Positions 24,977 through 38,688 of a stretch of 64,000 nt of DNA are shown one piece after another (position 1 is the stretch's first letter; every line of letters starts with the position of its first letter). Location of the stretch: contig NW_021832374.1 of NCBI RefSeq assembly GCF_006345805.1, positions 1 through 64,000 of the forward strand, given 5' to 3'. Origin of the DNA: Octopus sinensis. Its lineage: Eukaryota. Both the position numbers and the translations under genes were made by a program. The notes beneath the pieces were generated by a model. The model made no database searches and was not told the DNA's origin. It worked only from the letters and a program-made list of their open reading frames with translations.

Positions 24977-25784
24977 GGTACATATGTAGTAGTTGGCGGC
25001 CACTTTTTAGCGAATTTTAAAAAAACTATATTTTTTTGGTGTAATTACCCTTTTTAAATAATATTACTATAAAAAAATTAATTATTTTTATACAAAATTA
25101 TTAATTATTTTTTTTATTTTAGTTTTGATTCTGGGGGACAATGTAAGGCAATGCACTCCATGATTGTTTCAAATTCTTTCTTTTTGCTGTCTGTCGCCAA
25201 ATGAACTCCGTAAAATAACTATTAAGGTGTTGTCTGACTGTTCCCTTTGTTTTCTATTACGCCATTTGGCGCTACTCCACATTCTAAGGAATAATTATAT
25301 AATTGTAACCCTTGTATGTGAAGCCCAACCAGATTTTCCATGCATATCTCCATAGAAGATATATTTTTTGCCCACAGGTAGACAAACCGGATTATATCTT
25401 CGAATGGTACTTTGGTTCCTGCTAACCACGTTCCTGTTGAGTTTTAATGATATAAATACCAGTTTTTAGACTCGATTTACTTCGACAGCCCCTTCTGTAG
25501 ACAATTCCAAGCCGGAGAGCTGCCAATGTTTAAAGTCATTTGGTGTCCGTTGCGACACACTTTTTTTTTGGGATGATTCCTCTGGATTGCATGAAATTGA
25601 TAGCTTCTGACATATTTGTGGGTAGATTGAATAGATTGACCTCACTTCTCATTTAAATTAAAGTAGCGTGGGATTTTATTATTTTTATATTGTATTATTT
25701 TTAATTATATATTTTTTTTAACTAAAAAAATATAGTTTTTTTAAAATTCGCTAAAAAGTGGCCGCCAACTACTACATATGTACC
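24977..25784 (-). mobile_element. Non-autonomous Merlin element, 808 bp, internally deleted
   Basis: ~62-bp TIRs beginning GGTACATATGTAGTAGTTGGCGGCCAC; flanking GATAACT repeat. Remnants SLKTG|TWLAGTK (26-nt intron 25434-25459) and SYFTEFIWR. Confidence 0.88.
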
Positions 25785-25949
25785 GATAACTTTTCTACCT
25801 ATATGGACCTTGCAAAATTTTGCAATCAGATAATGGTTCAGAATTCAAGAATTTGAAATTGAAAATTCAAGTATTTTAACTTTGAATTTATATTTAGGCG
25901 ATTCTAATGCAAGTTTAAAAAATTCAAATTTAATTTAAATCCGATTGAT

Positions 25950-27260
25950 GGAAACTCAGCCTACTATAAGGCAATGAATAGGAAAATGAATGTCTACAAT
26001 AGTGAATCGAATTTAGTGTCGGAGATAATGTTTAGATAAAAAATTATAGAAGGTTTCGAGTTAAAAAAGATTATGGAACACAAACCTTCGTTGCGGTTGG
26101 ATAAATTCGAGTCTCCATTCTATCCGGCCGCTGAAATAATTACATTTTATCAATAATCGAGTCGAGATAAATCAATCATTTTTATTTAATAGACAAAGTG
26201 TGCTAAAGGAGAGATATGGACGGTACCTATGGCCAGAATAAAAATGATTAATTTTAATATTTTCTGTTAAAATGGATTATTCTTTTAAGTTACGGAAACG
26301 GTTGGAAGTGTTCTTGAGAGAGCCTTTTCCTCTCGAATCTCGAATTAAAAAAAAGAGGGAAACAACGGAGAAGAGGCAATGGGAACTCGAATTAGATAAG
26401 AAAAATAGAAACATTTTGTTGGTTATTATTGATCGTTGCCAGTCACATAAAATAACATTAACTTTGAAGAGAGTTGAAGTTTTTTTACCCGCGGGATCTA
26501 CCTCACTTTTGCAGCCACTAGACCAAGGGGTCATTAAATGTTTTAAAGGAACTTTTAAAAACTTAAAGTTCAATTAAATCATTGACAAAATTGGAGCTAG
26601 CGTCGACTCAGTGCATGTAAGTCTTACATTAATGGATTTAATATTTTTCACTCATTTTTATGGAAAAATGTAGAACCAGAAGCAATTTTAAATTGTTTCA
26701 AGCATGCAAAATGGATTCCAGACGAAATAAATAGGCCAACCATAATTTCAAATGAAATATAACAATTTGGTACCATTATACAAAAATTACAAATTAACGA
26801 CCCATTGACTGAGCAGGATTTTATAAAATACGGCTACACTAAAAATGATGAATTAATCGAAATGTCTAATAATGATACATCTGAAAATTTCAAAACAGTT
26901 CCTCGCGATGGGCTATTGAAGAAAATTTACTTAAGACCAGCAAAAATGGAAATGTGAATGTTGTAGATTATTTACGCGCATTGACATCTTAAGAAACTGT
27001 TTTAAACTGTATGTGCCAGACATCAAAACTATGAACATGTTGTAAAATATTGGTCAAAAACCAAGAAAATCTAGATTAAAAATTAAAATTACTGATTTTT
27101 TAAATAAAAAATGTCCATGTTTTCATAAGAAAATAATTTAAAATTCGATAAAAAACCCTCTAAAATCCCCCATTTTTAGTTCCTGACCGAAATGTTGCGG
27201 ATTCGACCAATTTTTAGTTCGGGTGTTGCCTAATGTATTAGTTTGATGAGTTTATACCTG
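25950..27260 (+). mobile_element. pogo/Tigger transposase remnant (DDE_1)
   Basis: LLVIIDRCQSH...VFLPAGSTSLLQPLDQGVIKCFK; terminal CCTG|TA at 27260. Confidence 0.7.
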
Positions 27261-27551
27261 TAGGCAAACTAAGAACAAATTATTTTTCTGCAGTTGATTA
27301 AAGGTTTAATTTTTTAAAATATTTTTCAAACAATGTTGTCACGTCGTCGACCTGTTATTACCACATAAGGTACCTAAAAAGTAAAATTATTTCTACAGAA
27401 AATTATCCAATAAAAGTAAAGAGATTAACAACCTTAAAGTAAAACAAAAATCGCCTAATTCTACAATCGGAATAACAAATTGTGTTTTGATATTGAACCA
27501 AAACTATAATCACATTTTTTACATCTAACTTGACAAAAAAATATTAAACTT

Positions 27552-29424
<1,873 letters not shown>

Positions 29425-29879
29425 ATAAATTTGAATTAATTTAAAATTAATTAATAATAAATTCAAAAAAAAATTCAAAAAAATTGAAAAAGTCATACCG
29501 TGTTCTCTATAAGACTGAGGCTTTTATTTATGGAAGGGGGGAATTGCCAACATTTTAAAGCAAGGCCTTATATTTTTCAGATAAATTATATTTCAAAATA
29601 CCAGTATAAGCACTAGAATTTACTATATAGTGGATATACATAACAAGCTATAAGTATAAAACTCAAATAACCAAAAAATATGCATATGCGCGAAAAGAAT
29701 GTCAAATTTGATATAATTTAACTAAGGATTTCCCTTGCCATTGTACGTGGAAAGTGTTTCTCCATCTACGAGGCGGGGAAGTCCTCTTGTTAACTCTCTT
29801 TTCTCTCTGTTTTCTTTTAAGAAATAAAAACAAACAAAAAAAATTTAACTAATGATCTCATGGGGCACTTGCCCGCCTC

Positions 29880-30480
29880 GCGAATAGTAAAATTATTCTC
29901 GGGATCATGGCGATCGACAGACGTTCCAAGAGCCAGGATGACTCTTTGGAATCGTGTCTTACTTACTCTTGATATCCGTCACCCTAGGAAGCGGAGCGTC
30001 TTGGGGCTGAAGATCTCCGAAGACTCCAAAGCGATTGGGGTGAAGAGGAGAGAATTGACAGCAGCAGACAGCGAGATTTCCGCGAGAAAATGTGTCCGAG
30101 CAGGTGGAGTCCCAAATAAGGGATTTTCTCTTGCTAATCCAATCTCATTATAATAAACCATGCCATGACTTTATTTCTAAAAGACTCATTTGGAGCCTAT
30201 CACCAAACAAAATACTCCAAGAACCTCCGAGGAATCGATGAATCACAATAACTATTTACAAGAAAGGAACGTGTCATTCTCACAAGACCTCGCTGCGGAC
30301 ATCACCCCCGCCTTGTGTAACTCCAATCCGATCTCCGTCTACCATTTGTTATCCTGTCCCGTGTCACGGGAAATTTCATTACCACAAGCAGCGCGCCGGG
30401 ATTTTTGGGAACGACTGGCGTACGCTGTGCGCAGCTTAATAGCCACAGGTTTCCTCCATGTCGAAAAATCATTTATGTAG
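29880..30480 (+). mobile_element. Degenerate LINE family A 3' remnant
   Basis: HLLSCP...FWERLAYAVRSLIATGFLH matches AVRYLIAAGFLH of the 23.3 kb fragment. Confidence 0.5.
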
Positions 30481-30702
30481 TGAAACAGTTTCTTGTCTGT
30501 TTTCATGAAGTTTGACAATCGAAATTAATTGTTTTAATCAAAAATATAATTTATTTTAATGATTTTATTCATCCAGACAATTATGCATATCTGCTATTTT
30601 TGTTAGAAATCATATCTGCTAGGAATCAAAATACCACAAAATTATTATAATAACAAATCAGCAAAACTCGTATTAAAAAAATACTTTTTATAATCAAAAT
30701 AA

Positions 30703-31478
30703 CTATTGCGGCGAATTATTATTCTGGAAATCAGCAGGAAAACTGTACATTGCAGGGTGAAAATAGCACAATCCAAACTAATATATTAAAATAGTCAAAA
30801 AAACAGGCAAAAAATGAAAAGTCGGAGTATTATGTCCCCAATTACAGTTCAGATCAGGATTCTTTTGCATATTAAAAATCGCGGTAACCGCCGACATGTG
30901 ATCATAAAAACTTACAAAATTGATAAATACAAACCTTACAAAACCATATCTATCTCCAATTACTCTGATTGAGGAAATATCACCATATTTAATAAACATG
31001 TTGTATAAATCTGTGTATGTTGTGCCTCTCAAATTGCCGACATACACACAAACATTACTTCCATCTCCTTCCCGAGAAATATCTTCTATGCTCTTGTCTA
31101 CAAATTAAGGTTGGAATGTACTGCTTGCTTTCTTATTGGTTCCCATTCCAACTCTTATTTCCCTTCCTTTGATTTTTACTTTATTCATTTTTTCAATACT
31201 GGCTACTGCGTCCTAAAGTTTAATTCTAAGCTCACAAACCTCAGAATTTTGGAATTCTACAAACCCGTAACCAGCACTGCCGCCTGTAGCACTGGACCTG
31301 ATTATCCTGGCAGCACTAAACAGTCCATATATGTAGACAACCGAATCTCCCCACATACTGCAAATACTCTTTTGATATCTTCAATTGACACATCTTGGTT
31401 TAGATCGCCCACAAAAACGGTGTTCGGATCGACAGAACTTGACTTCAAAGAACTATTTGCAACAGAATCCCCGTTCAT
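30703..31478 (-). CDS. Two-RRM RNA-binding protein, TIA-1/TIAR-like, 5 introns of 24-27 nt
   Basis: Spliced: TVFVGDLNQDVSIEDIKRVFAVCGEIR...GYGFVEF...AIEKM-like segment...REIRV; VYVGNL...YGFVSF...NCNWG. Confidence 0.8.
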
Positions 31479-31999
31479 AGCGTAGCAACCGGCTAGACGC
31501 GTAATTATCTATTTTATGCGTTCTAGAGTCGTCGCGTTATGGTGGTTTATTTTGAATTGAATATACATTGATTAAATACATTGAGTAATAATCGCTTTTG
31601 TGATTATTCTATTTCCTAATTAGAAATCATGTTGGATAATATTTCTTTGAAATATAATCAAAAAGTGACTTTTAAGGTTCTTTGATGAAGGTTTTTTGAA
31701 GTTCAGATGTGAACTGATAGTATTATTATTGAACTTGTTACGACACTTATCAAACACATATCACTTTATTTAATCACTTAATCTTAACTGATTAAAATTA
31801 CGGGAAAGCGTTTATCGAGGAATACTTAAAGCACTTTATAGTCGTATTATAAAATTATCGAGTGCCTTTTAATATTAAATATCTAATCAAATAATTCAAT
31901 ATTGAGAAGGGAATTTTTGTAATTTAACCAATAACAATCGTAAGTGATTATTATTATAATTTGTGTACGGAAAGAATTACTTTGCTGTTTCTGCTAAGA

Positions 32000-32400
32000 A
32001 TCGAAATTCTCTATCAGAGCTATTAGTTCTGGAGGAAACAATTTCTTTCCCGATATGATGGACAAAAGCTGGAGTCCTCAGTGAGGCGGGAGATCACAAT
32101 TGTTGCCGAGTTTGGGCTATTCCACCGTCTTTCTTCACGAATGCACAAAAATGTGTAGAAAAAAGAAGTTCCCTGGCAAATAGGGCGATATCTACGGACA
32201 GTATCCGGTTTACCAAAGCGGTGGAGAGAGTTCCCAGTCTAGGCTATAAGATCCTTGATGTACCCAGGGCGTCCAAGGCCATGCAGCTGCTCTTTGCTGA
32301 AGATTTAATGGCCAGAATTATGTCACAGGAGGTCAAGCAGAATGGGAGAAAGGTTAAGAGGAAGAGAGTGCGGTATCACCGGTGGTTCCAGGTGCTTGTC
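32000..32400 (-). mobile_element. CRE-like RT N-terminal remnant
   Basis: DIILAIKSSAKSSCMALDAL...LVNRIL...FCAFVKKDGGI. Confidence 0.55.
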
Positions 32401-32429
32401 CCTCAGTATTAAGAGAGTATCGGCAGATG

Positions 32430-32602
32430 GCTTTATTTTGAATTAGTTTTCAAATAAAAAAACATTTTTCTGTTATTTTACCAAGTTTTTTAAGTGATTT
32501 TATAAACTTTATAAAATAAAATTTTTAAGGGGGTCGATTAAATATTAAGAGGGTCAAAAAAAATCAAGGGGTCGACGAGTAAAAAAAGGTTGAGAACCCC
32601 TG
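32430..32602. mobile_element. Orphan hAT MITE right end
   Basis: TIR GGTTGAGAACCCCTG ending at 32602. Confidence 0.5.
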
Positions 32603-33109
32603 TTATAAAGTATTTTTTTTTACAGAAATTAGGTCAGCCATTTAAAAAATCCATGTTAAAGTAATTAATTAATTAGCTTAATCTTCTCTTTTTGGGCCCA
32701 TAATCCAGTGACCGTATGGGTGTGTTCTCGTCGAAGCACACTCCACATTCTGAGGCTGCCCTTGGTTGACATTCCGTTTCAGCTTTCTCCTCACTAGGTA
32801 TCGATATACCATGCCTCTCTTCAGCCTGCATGCTCTCCAATGTCTTCCTCAGAACACTGTCTGAATATATGCTCTCACTCTTTCTTCCAGCTTGAGGACA
32901 TCAAGATGACCCTTGAAAAATTGAGACAATTCCATCCCAGGTCATTACAACAGGGATTACTTTCACTTTTGCGTGATGAATTGCTTCAAGTTCATTTGCC
33001 AATCTTAATAATAAAATGGTATGGTGTGTGTCTGTCTGTCTGTCTGTCTGTCTGTGTGTCTGTCTGTCTGTCTGTCTGTCTGTGTGTGCACACCAACTTC
33101 AAATTGGCA

Positions 33110-34950
33110 ATACGATGTCCTCGACTTACATGATGAGGTCCTTAAAACCTTCCCCCCCAAAAAAATTAAAAAAAAATTTTCTGCATTTTGGTTAAAATGA
33201 ACAACTACAATGTCCTCGACTTACATGATGAAGTCCTTAAAACCTTCCCCCCCAAAAAAAATTAAAAAAAAATTTTCTGCATTTTGGTTAAAATGAACAA
33301 CTACAATGTCCTCGACTTACATGATGAAGTCCTTAAAACCTTCCCCCCCAAAAAAATTAAAAAAAAAATTTTCTCCATTTTGGTTAAAATGAACAACTAC
33401 AATGTCCTCGACTTACATGATGATGAAGTCCTTAAAACCTTCCCCCCCAAAAAAAAATTAAAAAAAAATTTTCTGCATTTTGGTTAAAATGAACAACTAC
33501 AATGTCCTCGACTTACATGATGAAGTCCTTAAAACCTTCCCCCCCAAAAAAATTAAAAAAAAATTTTCTGCATTTTGGTTAGAATGAACAACTACAATGT
33601 CCTCGACTTACATGATGAAGTCCTTAAAACTTCCCCCCAAAAAAATTAAAAAAAAATTTTCTCCATTTTGGTTAAATGAACAACTACAATGTCCTCGACT
33701 TACATGATGAAGTCCTTAAAACCTTCCCCCCCAAAAAAAATTAAAAAAAAATTTTCTGCATTTTGGTTAAAATGAACAACTACAATGTCCTCGACTTACA
33801 TGATGAAGTCCTTAAAACCTTCCCCCCCAAAAAAATTAAAAAAAAATTTTCTGCATTTTGGTTAAAATGAACAACTACAATGTCCTCGACTACATGATGA
33901 AGTCCTTAAAACCTTCCCCCCCAAAAAAATTAAAAAAAAATTTTCTGCATTTTGGTTAAAATGAACAACTACAATGTCCTCAACTTACATGATGAAGTCC
34001 TTAAAACCTTCCCCCCAAAAAAAATTAAAAAAAAATTTTCTGCATTTTGGTTAAAATGAACAACTACAATGTCCTCGACTTACATGATGAAGTCCTTAAA
34101 ACCTTCCCCCCCAAAAAAATTAAAAAAAATTTTCTGCATTTTGGTTAAAATGAACAACTACAATGTCCTCGACTTACATGATGAAGTCCTTAAAACTTCC
34201 CCCCAAAAAAATAAAAAAAAATTTTCTGCATTTTGGTTAAAATGAACAACTACAATGTCCTCGACTTACATGATGAAGTCCTTAAAACCTTCCCCCCCAA
34301 AAAAATTAAAAAAAAATTTTCTGCATTTTGGTTAGAATGAACAACTACAATGTCCTCGACTTACATGATGAAGTCCTTAAAACCTTCCCCCCCAAAAAAA
34401 TTAAAAAAAAATTTTCTCCATTTTGGTTAAAATGAACAACTACAATGTCCTCGACTTACATGATGAAGTCCTTAAAACCTTCCCCCCCAAAAAAAAATTA
34501 AAAAAAATTTTTTGCATTTTGGTTAAAATGAACAACTACAATGTCCTCGACTTACATGATGAAGTCCTTAAAACCTTCCCCCCCAAAAAAATTAAAAAAA
34601 AATTTTCTGCATTTTGGTTAAAATGAACAACTACAATGTCCTCGACTTACATGATGAAGTCCTTAAAACCTTCCCCCCAAAAAAAAATTAAAAAAAAATT
34701 TTCTGCATTTTGGTTAAAATGAACAACTACAATGTCCTCAACTTACATGATGAAGTCCTTAAAACCTCCCCCCAAAAAAAATTAAAAAAAAATTTTCTGC
34801 ATTTTGGTTTAAAATGAACAACTACAATGTCCTCGACTTACATGATGAAGTCCTTAAAACCTTCCCCCCAAAAAATCAAAAAATTATTTTCTGCATTTTG
34901 ATTAAAATGAACAACGCGAATGTCCTCGACATTCATGATGAGGTCCATTA
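33110..34950 (+). repeat. 95-96 bp tandem array, about 19 units, inside Helitron 1
   Basis: Unit ATGAACAACTACAATGTCCTCGACTTACATGATGAAGTCCTTAAAACCTT(C)n(A)nTT(A)nTTTTCTGCATTTTGGTTAAA; 20 GTCCTC cores counted. Confidence 0.95.
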
Positions 34951-35723
34951 AAACCTTCAAGGCAAAAATCTCACGTATTAAGAATATCCTTGATGAAAAC
35001 GACAGCGAGAATATTAACAATGATGAACTCCCATTATTCGCGATAAAGAAATCAATTCATCCTATGTTTTTCTCTTTAAAATTAAATGCATATATCATTA
35101 TCGACCATGAATTAAAATTAAAGCTATTATCATATTTGACTTTGACAGAATGTGCAATCACAGATTGCACGACTTTGAATAGAGTGTGCAATAACAGATT
35201 TTGAAAAACCACTTTGATAGTTGAAACCACATTAGCACAATCATTAACACAATTTACCACCAATTGACGCACGACCTTGAATAGAGTGTGCAATTAACAG
35301 ATTTTGAAAAACACTTTGATAGTTGAAACCACATTAGCACAACCATTAACACAATTTACCACCAATTGACAGCGCAATCAGAAGAATTTGCGTAAAAATA
35401 TTAACTATTTACTTGAGTTTCGTTAAAGATAGAATTTATTTTCGGTATGCCTCTTTTCCTAAACTTTTTATTATTCAAAAATAATTTTTTAAATAGATAA
35501 CCGAAGGAGGAAAAACGAAGCTGAAGAAAAAACGGTCAGCTTAATAAGGTAATTAATTAAATCTTTTTTGTGTGTCGCTTTCTTGCCTGCCGCATTTCCG
35601 CCTGCCGTTATCTCCCTGCCCCATTTCCGCCAGTAAAAAATAAAAAAGAAAAAAAAGGAAATTACAAGGAAAAATGAAAAAATTAAATATAAAAAAAAAT
35701 AAACCACAAAAAATGAAAAAAAG

Positions 35724-35911
35724 TTTGCAATGACAATAAACAGGCCCAGGGACAGTCATTAAAGGTAGTTGGGTTATTTTTAGAGAGTGAGTGCTTTTCA
35801 CATGGACAGCTGTATGTGGGATGCTCGAGGGTAGGCAGAAGAGAAAATTTATTCATATATGCCAAGGAAGGACGGACGACAAACATCGTTTATCAACAGG
35901 CGATAGAATAG
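35724..35911 (+). pseudogene. Helitron PIF1-type helicase C-terminal fragment (also 38307-38489)
   Basis: [38 protein letters not shown]...TNIVYQQAIE*. Confidence 0.9.
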
Positions 35912-36120
35912 GGTTACATTAAACCAGGTAGTTTTATACATCTACATAAACTTATAGTTGTTTGATGAAACAGGCCCTCCGCAGGAGCTAGGTCGCGGTG
36001 AGCGAAGCGAGCTGCCGAGCTAGTAAGTCATATTTGTGGAACTTCTCAACTTCGACCTGCTTTAGGCATTTTGCGAAGTAACCCCAACTTCGATAAGGAT
36101 AAAGTATATTGATATTTACA

Positions 36121-38599
36121 TCTTAATAATAAAATGGTATGGTGTGTTGTCTGTCTGTCTGTCTGTCTGTGTGTCTGTCTGTGTGTCTGTCTGTCTGTCT
36201 GTGTGTGCACACCAACTTCAAATTGGCAATACGATGTCCTCGACTTACATGATGAGGTCCTTAAAACCTTCCCCCCAAAAAAAATTAAAAAAAATTTTTC
36301 TGCGTTTTGGTCAAAATGAACAACTACGATGTCCTCGACTTACATGACGAGGTCCTTAAACCTTCCCCCCCCAAAAAAAATTAAAAAAAATTTTCTGCAT
36401 TTTGGTTAAATGAACAACTACAATGTCCTCGACTTACATGATGAAGTCCTTAAAACCTTCCCCCCCCAAAAAAATTAAAAAAAATTTTCTGCATTTTGTT
36501 AAAATGAACAACTACAATGTCCTCGACTTACATGATGAAGTCCTTAAAACCTTCCCCCCAAAAAAATTAAAAAAAAATTTTCTGCATTTTGGTTAAAATG
36601 AACAACTACAATGTCCTCGACTTACATGATAAAGTCCTTAAAACCTTCCCCCCAAAAAAAATTTAAAAAATTTTCTGCATTTTGGTTAAAATGAACAACT
36701 ACAATGTCCTCGACTTACATGATGAAGTCCTTAAACCTTCCCCCCAAAAAAATTAAAAAAAATTTTCTGCATTTTGGTTAAAATGAACAACTACGATGTC
36801 CTCGACTTACATGATGAAGTCCTTAAAACCTTCCCCCCCAAAAAAATTAAAAAAAAATTTTCTGCATTTTGGTTAAAATGAACAACTACGATGTCCTCGA
36901 CTTACATGATGAAGTCCTTAAAACCTTCCCCCCAAAAAAATTAAAAAAAAATTTTCTGCATTTTGGTTAAAATGAACAACTACAATGTCCTCGACTTACA
37001 TGATGAAGTCCTTAAAACCTTCCCCCCCAAAAAAATTAAAAAAAATTTTCTGCATTTTGGTTAAAATGAACAACTACAATGTCCTCGACTTACATGATGA
37101 AGTCCTTAAAACCTTCCCCCCAAAAAAAATTAAAAAAAATTTTCTGCATTTTGGTTAAAATGAACAACTACAATGTCCTCCGACTTACATGATGAAGTCC
37201 TTAAAACCTTCCCCCCAAAAAAAATTAAAAAAAAATTTTCTGCATTTTGGTTAAAATGAACAACTACAATGTCCTCGACTTACATGATGAAGTCCTTAAA
37301 ACCTTCCCCCCAAAAAATCAAAAAATTATTTTCTGCATTTTGATTAAAATGAACAACGCGAATGTCCTCGACATTCATGATGAGGTCCATTAAAACCTTC
37401 AAGGCAAAAATCTCACGTATTAAGAATATCCTTGATGAAAACGACACGACAGCGAGAATATTAACAATGATGAACTCCAATTATTCGCGATAAAGAAATT
37501 CAATTCATCCTATGTTTTTCTCTTTAAAATTAATTGCATATATCATTATCGACCATGAATCAAAATTAAAGCTATTATCATATTTGACTTTGACAGATGT
37601 GCAATCACAGATTGCACGACTTTGAATAGAGTGTGCAATTAACAGATTTTGAAAAACCACTTTGATAGTTGAAAAACCACATTAGCACAATCATTAACAC
37701 AATTTACCACCAATGACGCACGACTTGAATAGAGGTGTGCAATTAACAGATTTTGAAAAACACTTTGATAGTTGAAACCACATTAGCACAATCATTAACA
37801 CAATTTACCACAATTGACGCACGACCTTGAATAGAGTGTGCAATTAACAGATTTTTAAAAACACTTTGATAGTTGAAACCACATTAGCACAATCATTAAC
37901 ACAATTTACCACCAATTGACAGCGCAATCAGAAGAATTTGCGTAAAAATATTAACTATTTACTTGAGTTTTTCGTAAAGATAGAATTATTTTCGGTATGC
38001 CTCTTTTCCTAAACTTTTTATTATTCAAAAATAATTTTTTAAATAGATAACCGAAGGAGGAAAAACGAAGCTGAAGAAAAAACGGTCAGCTTAATAAGGT
38101 AATTAATTAAATCTTTTTTGTGTGTCGCTTTTTTGTGTGTCGCTTTCTTGCCTGCCGCATCTCTGCCTGCCGCATTTCCGCCTGCCGCATCTCCCCTGCC
38201 CTTTTCCGCCAGTAAAAAATAAAAAAGAAAAAAAAGGAAATTACAAAGGAAAAATGAAAAAATTAAATATAAAAAAAAATAAACCACAAAAAATGAAAAA
38301 AAAAAGTTTGCAATGACAATAAACAAGGCCCAGGGACAGTCATTAAAGGTAGTTGGGTTTATTTTAGAGTGAGTGCTTTTCACATGGACAGCTGTATGTG
38401 GGATGCTCGAGGGTAGGCAGAAGAGAAAATTTATTCATATATGCCAAGGAAGGACGACAACAATCGTTTATCAACAGGCGATAGAATAGGGTTAATTAAA
38501 CCAGGTAGTTTTATACATCTACATAAACTTATAGTTGTTTGATGAACAGGCCCTCCGCAGGAGCTAGGTCGCGGTGAGCGAAGCGAGCTGCCGAGCTAG
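36121..38599 (+). mobile_element. Non-autonomous Helitron, copy 2
   Basis: Same A|TC...CTAG|T structure and near-identical sequence to copy 1, but different flanks and array sizes. Confidence 0.9.
36228..37400 (+). repeat. 95-96 bp tandem array, about 12 units, inside Helitron 2
   Basis: Same unit as in copy 1; 13 GTCCTC cores counted. Confidence 0.95.
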
Positions 38600-38688
38600 T
38601 TAATCCTATAAAAAACAATAAACAAATTTAAATTTATTAATTATTTAAATCCCGAAAAATTAAGAAAGAATATTTAAATTGAATTATA

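Larger units (their letters stand above)
33003..36023 (+). mobile_element. Non-autonomous Helitron, copy 1
   Basis: A|TC start, (TGTC)n microsatellite near the 5' end, 3' GC-rich hairpin region ending CTAG|T, no TSD, PIF1-helicase C-terminal remnant. Confidence 0.9.
32648..36095 (-). mobile_element. 5'-truncated R2/NeSL-like 3' fragment (32648-33002 plus 36024-36095) split by Helitron copy 1
   Basis: Joining the flanks restores LIEVGVTSQ..KQVEVEKFHKYDL|LANELEAIHHAKVKVIPVVMTWDG. Confidence 0.8.

Noticed and set aside
33110-37400. CRISPR-like array
   Set aside because: Units are head-to-tail with no unique spacers, no cas genes are present, and the context is a eukaryotic Helitron.
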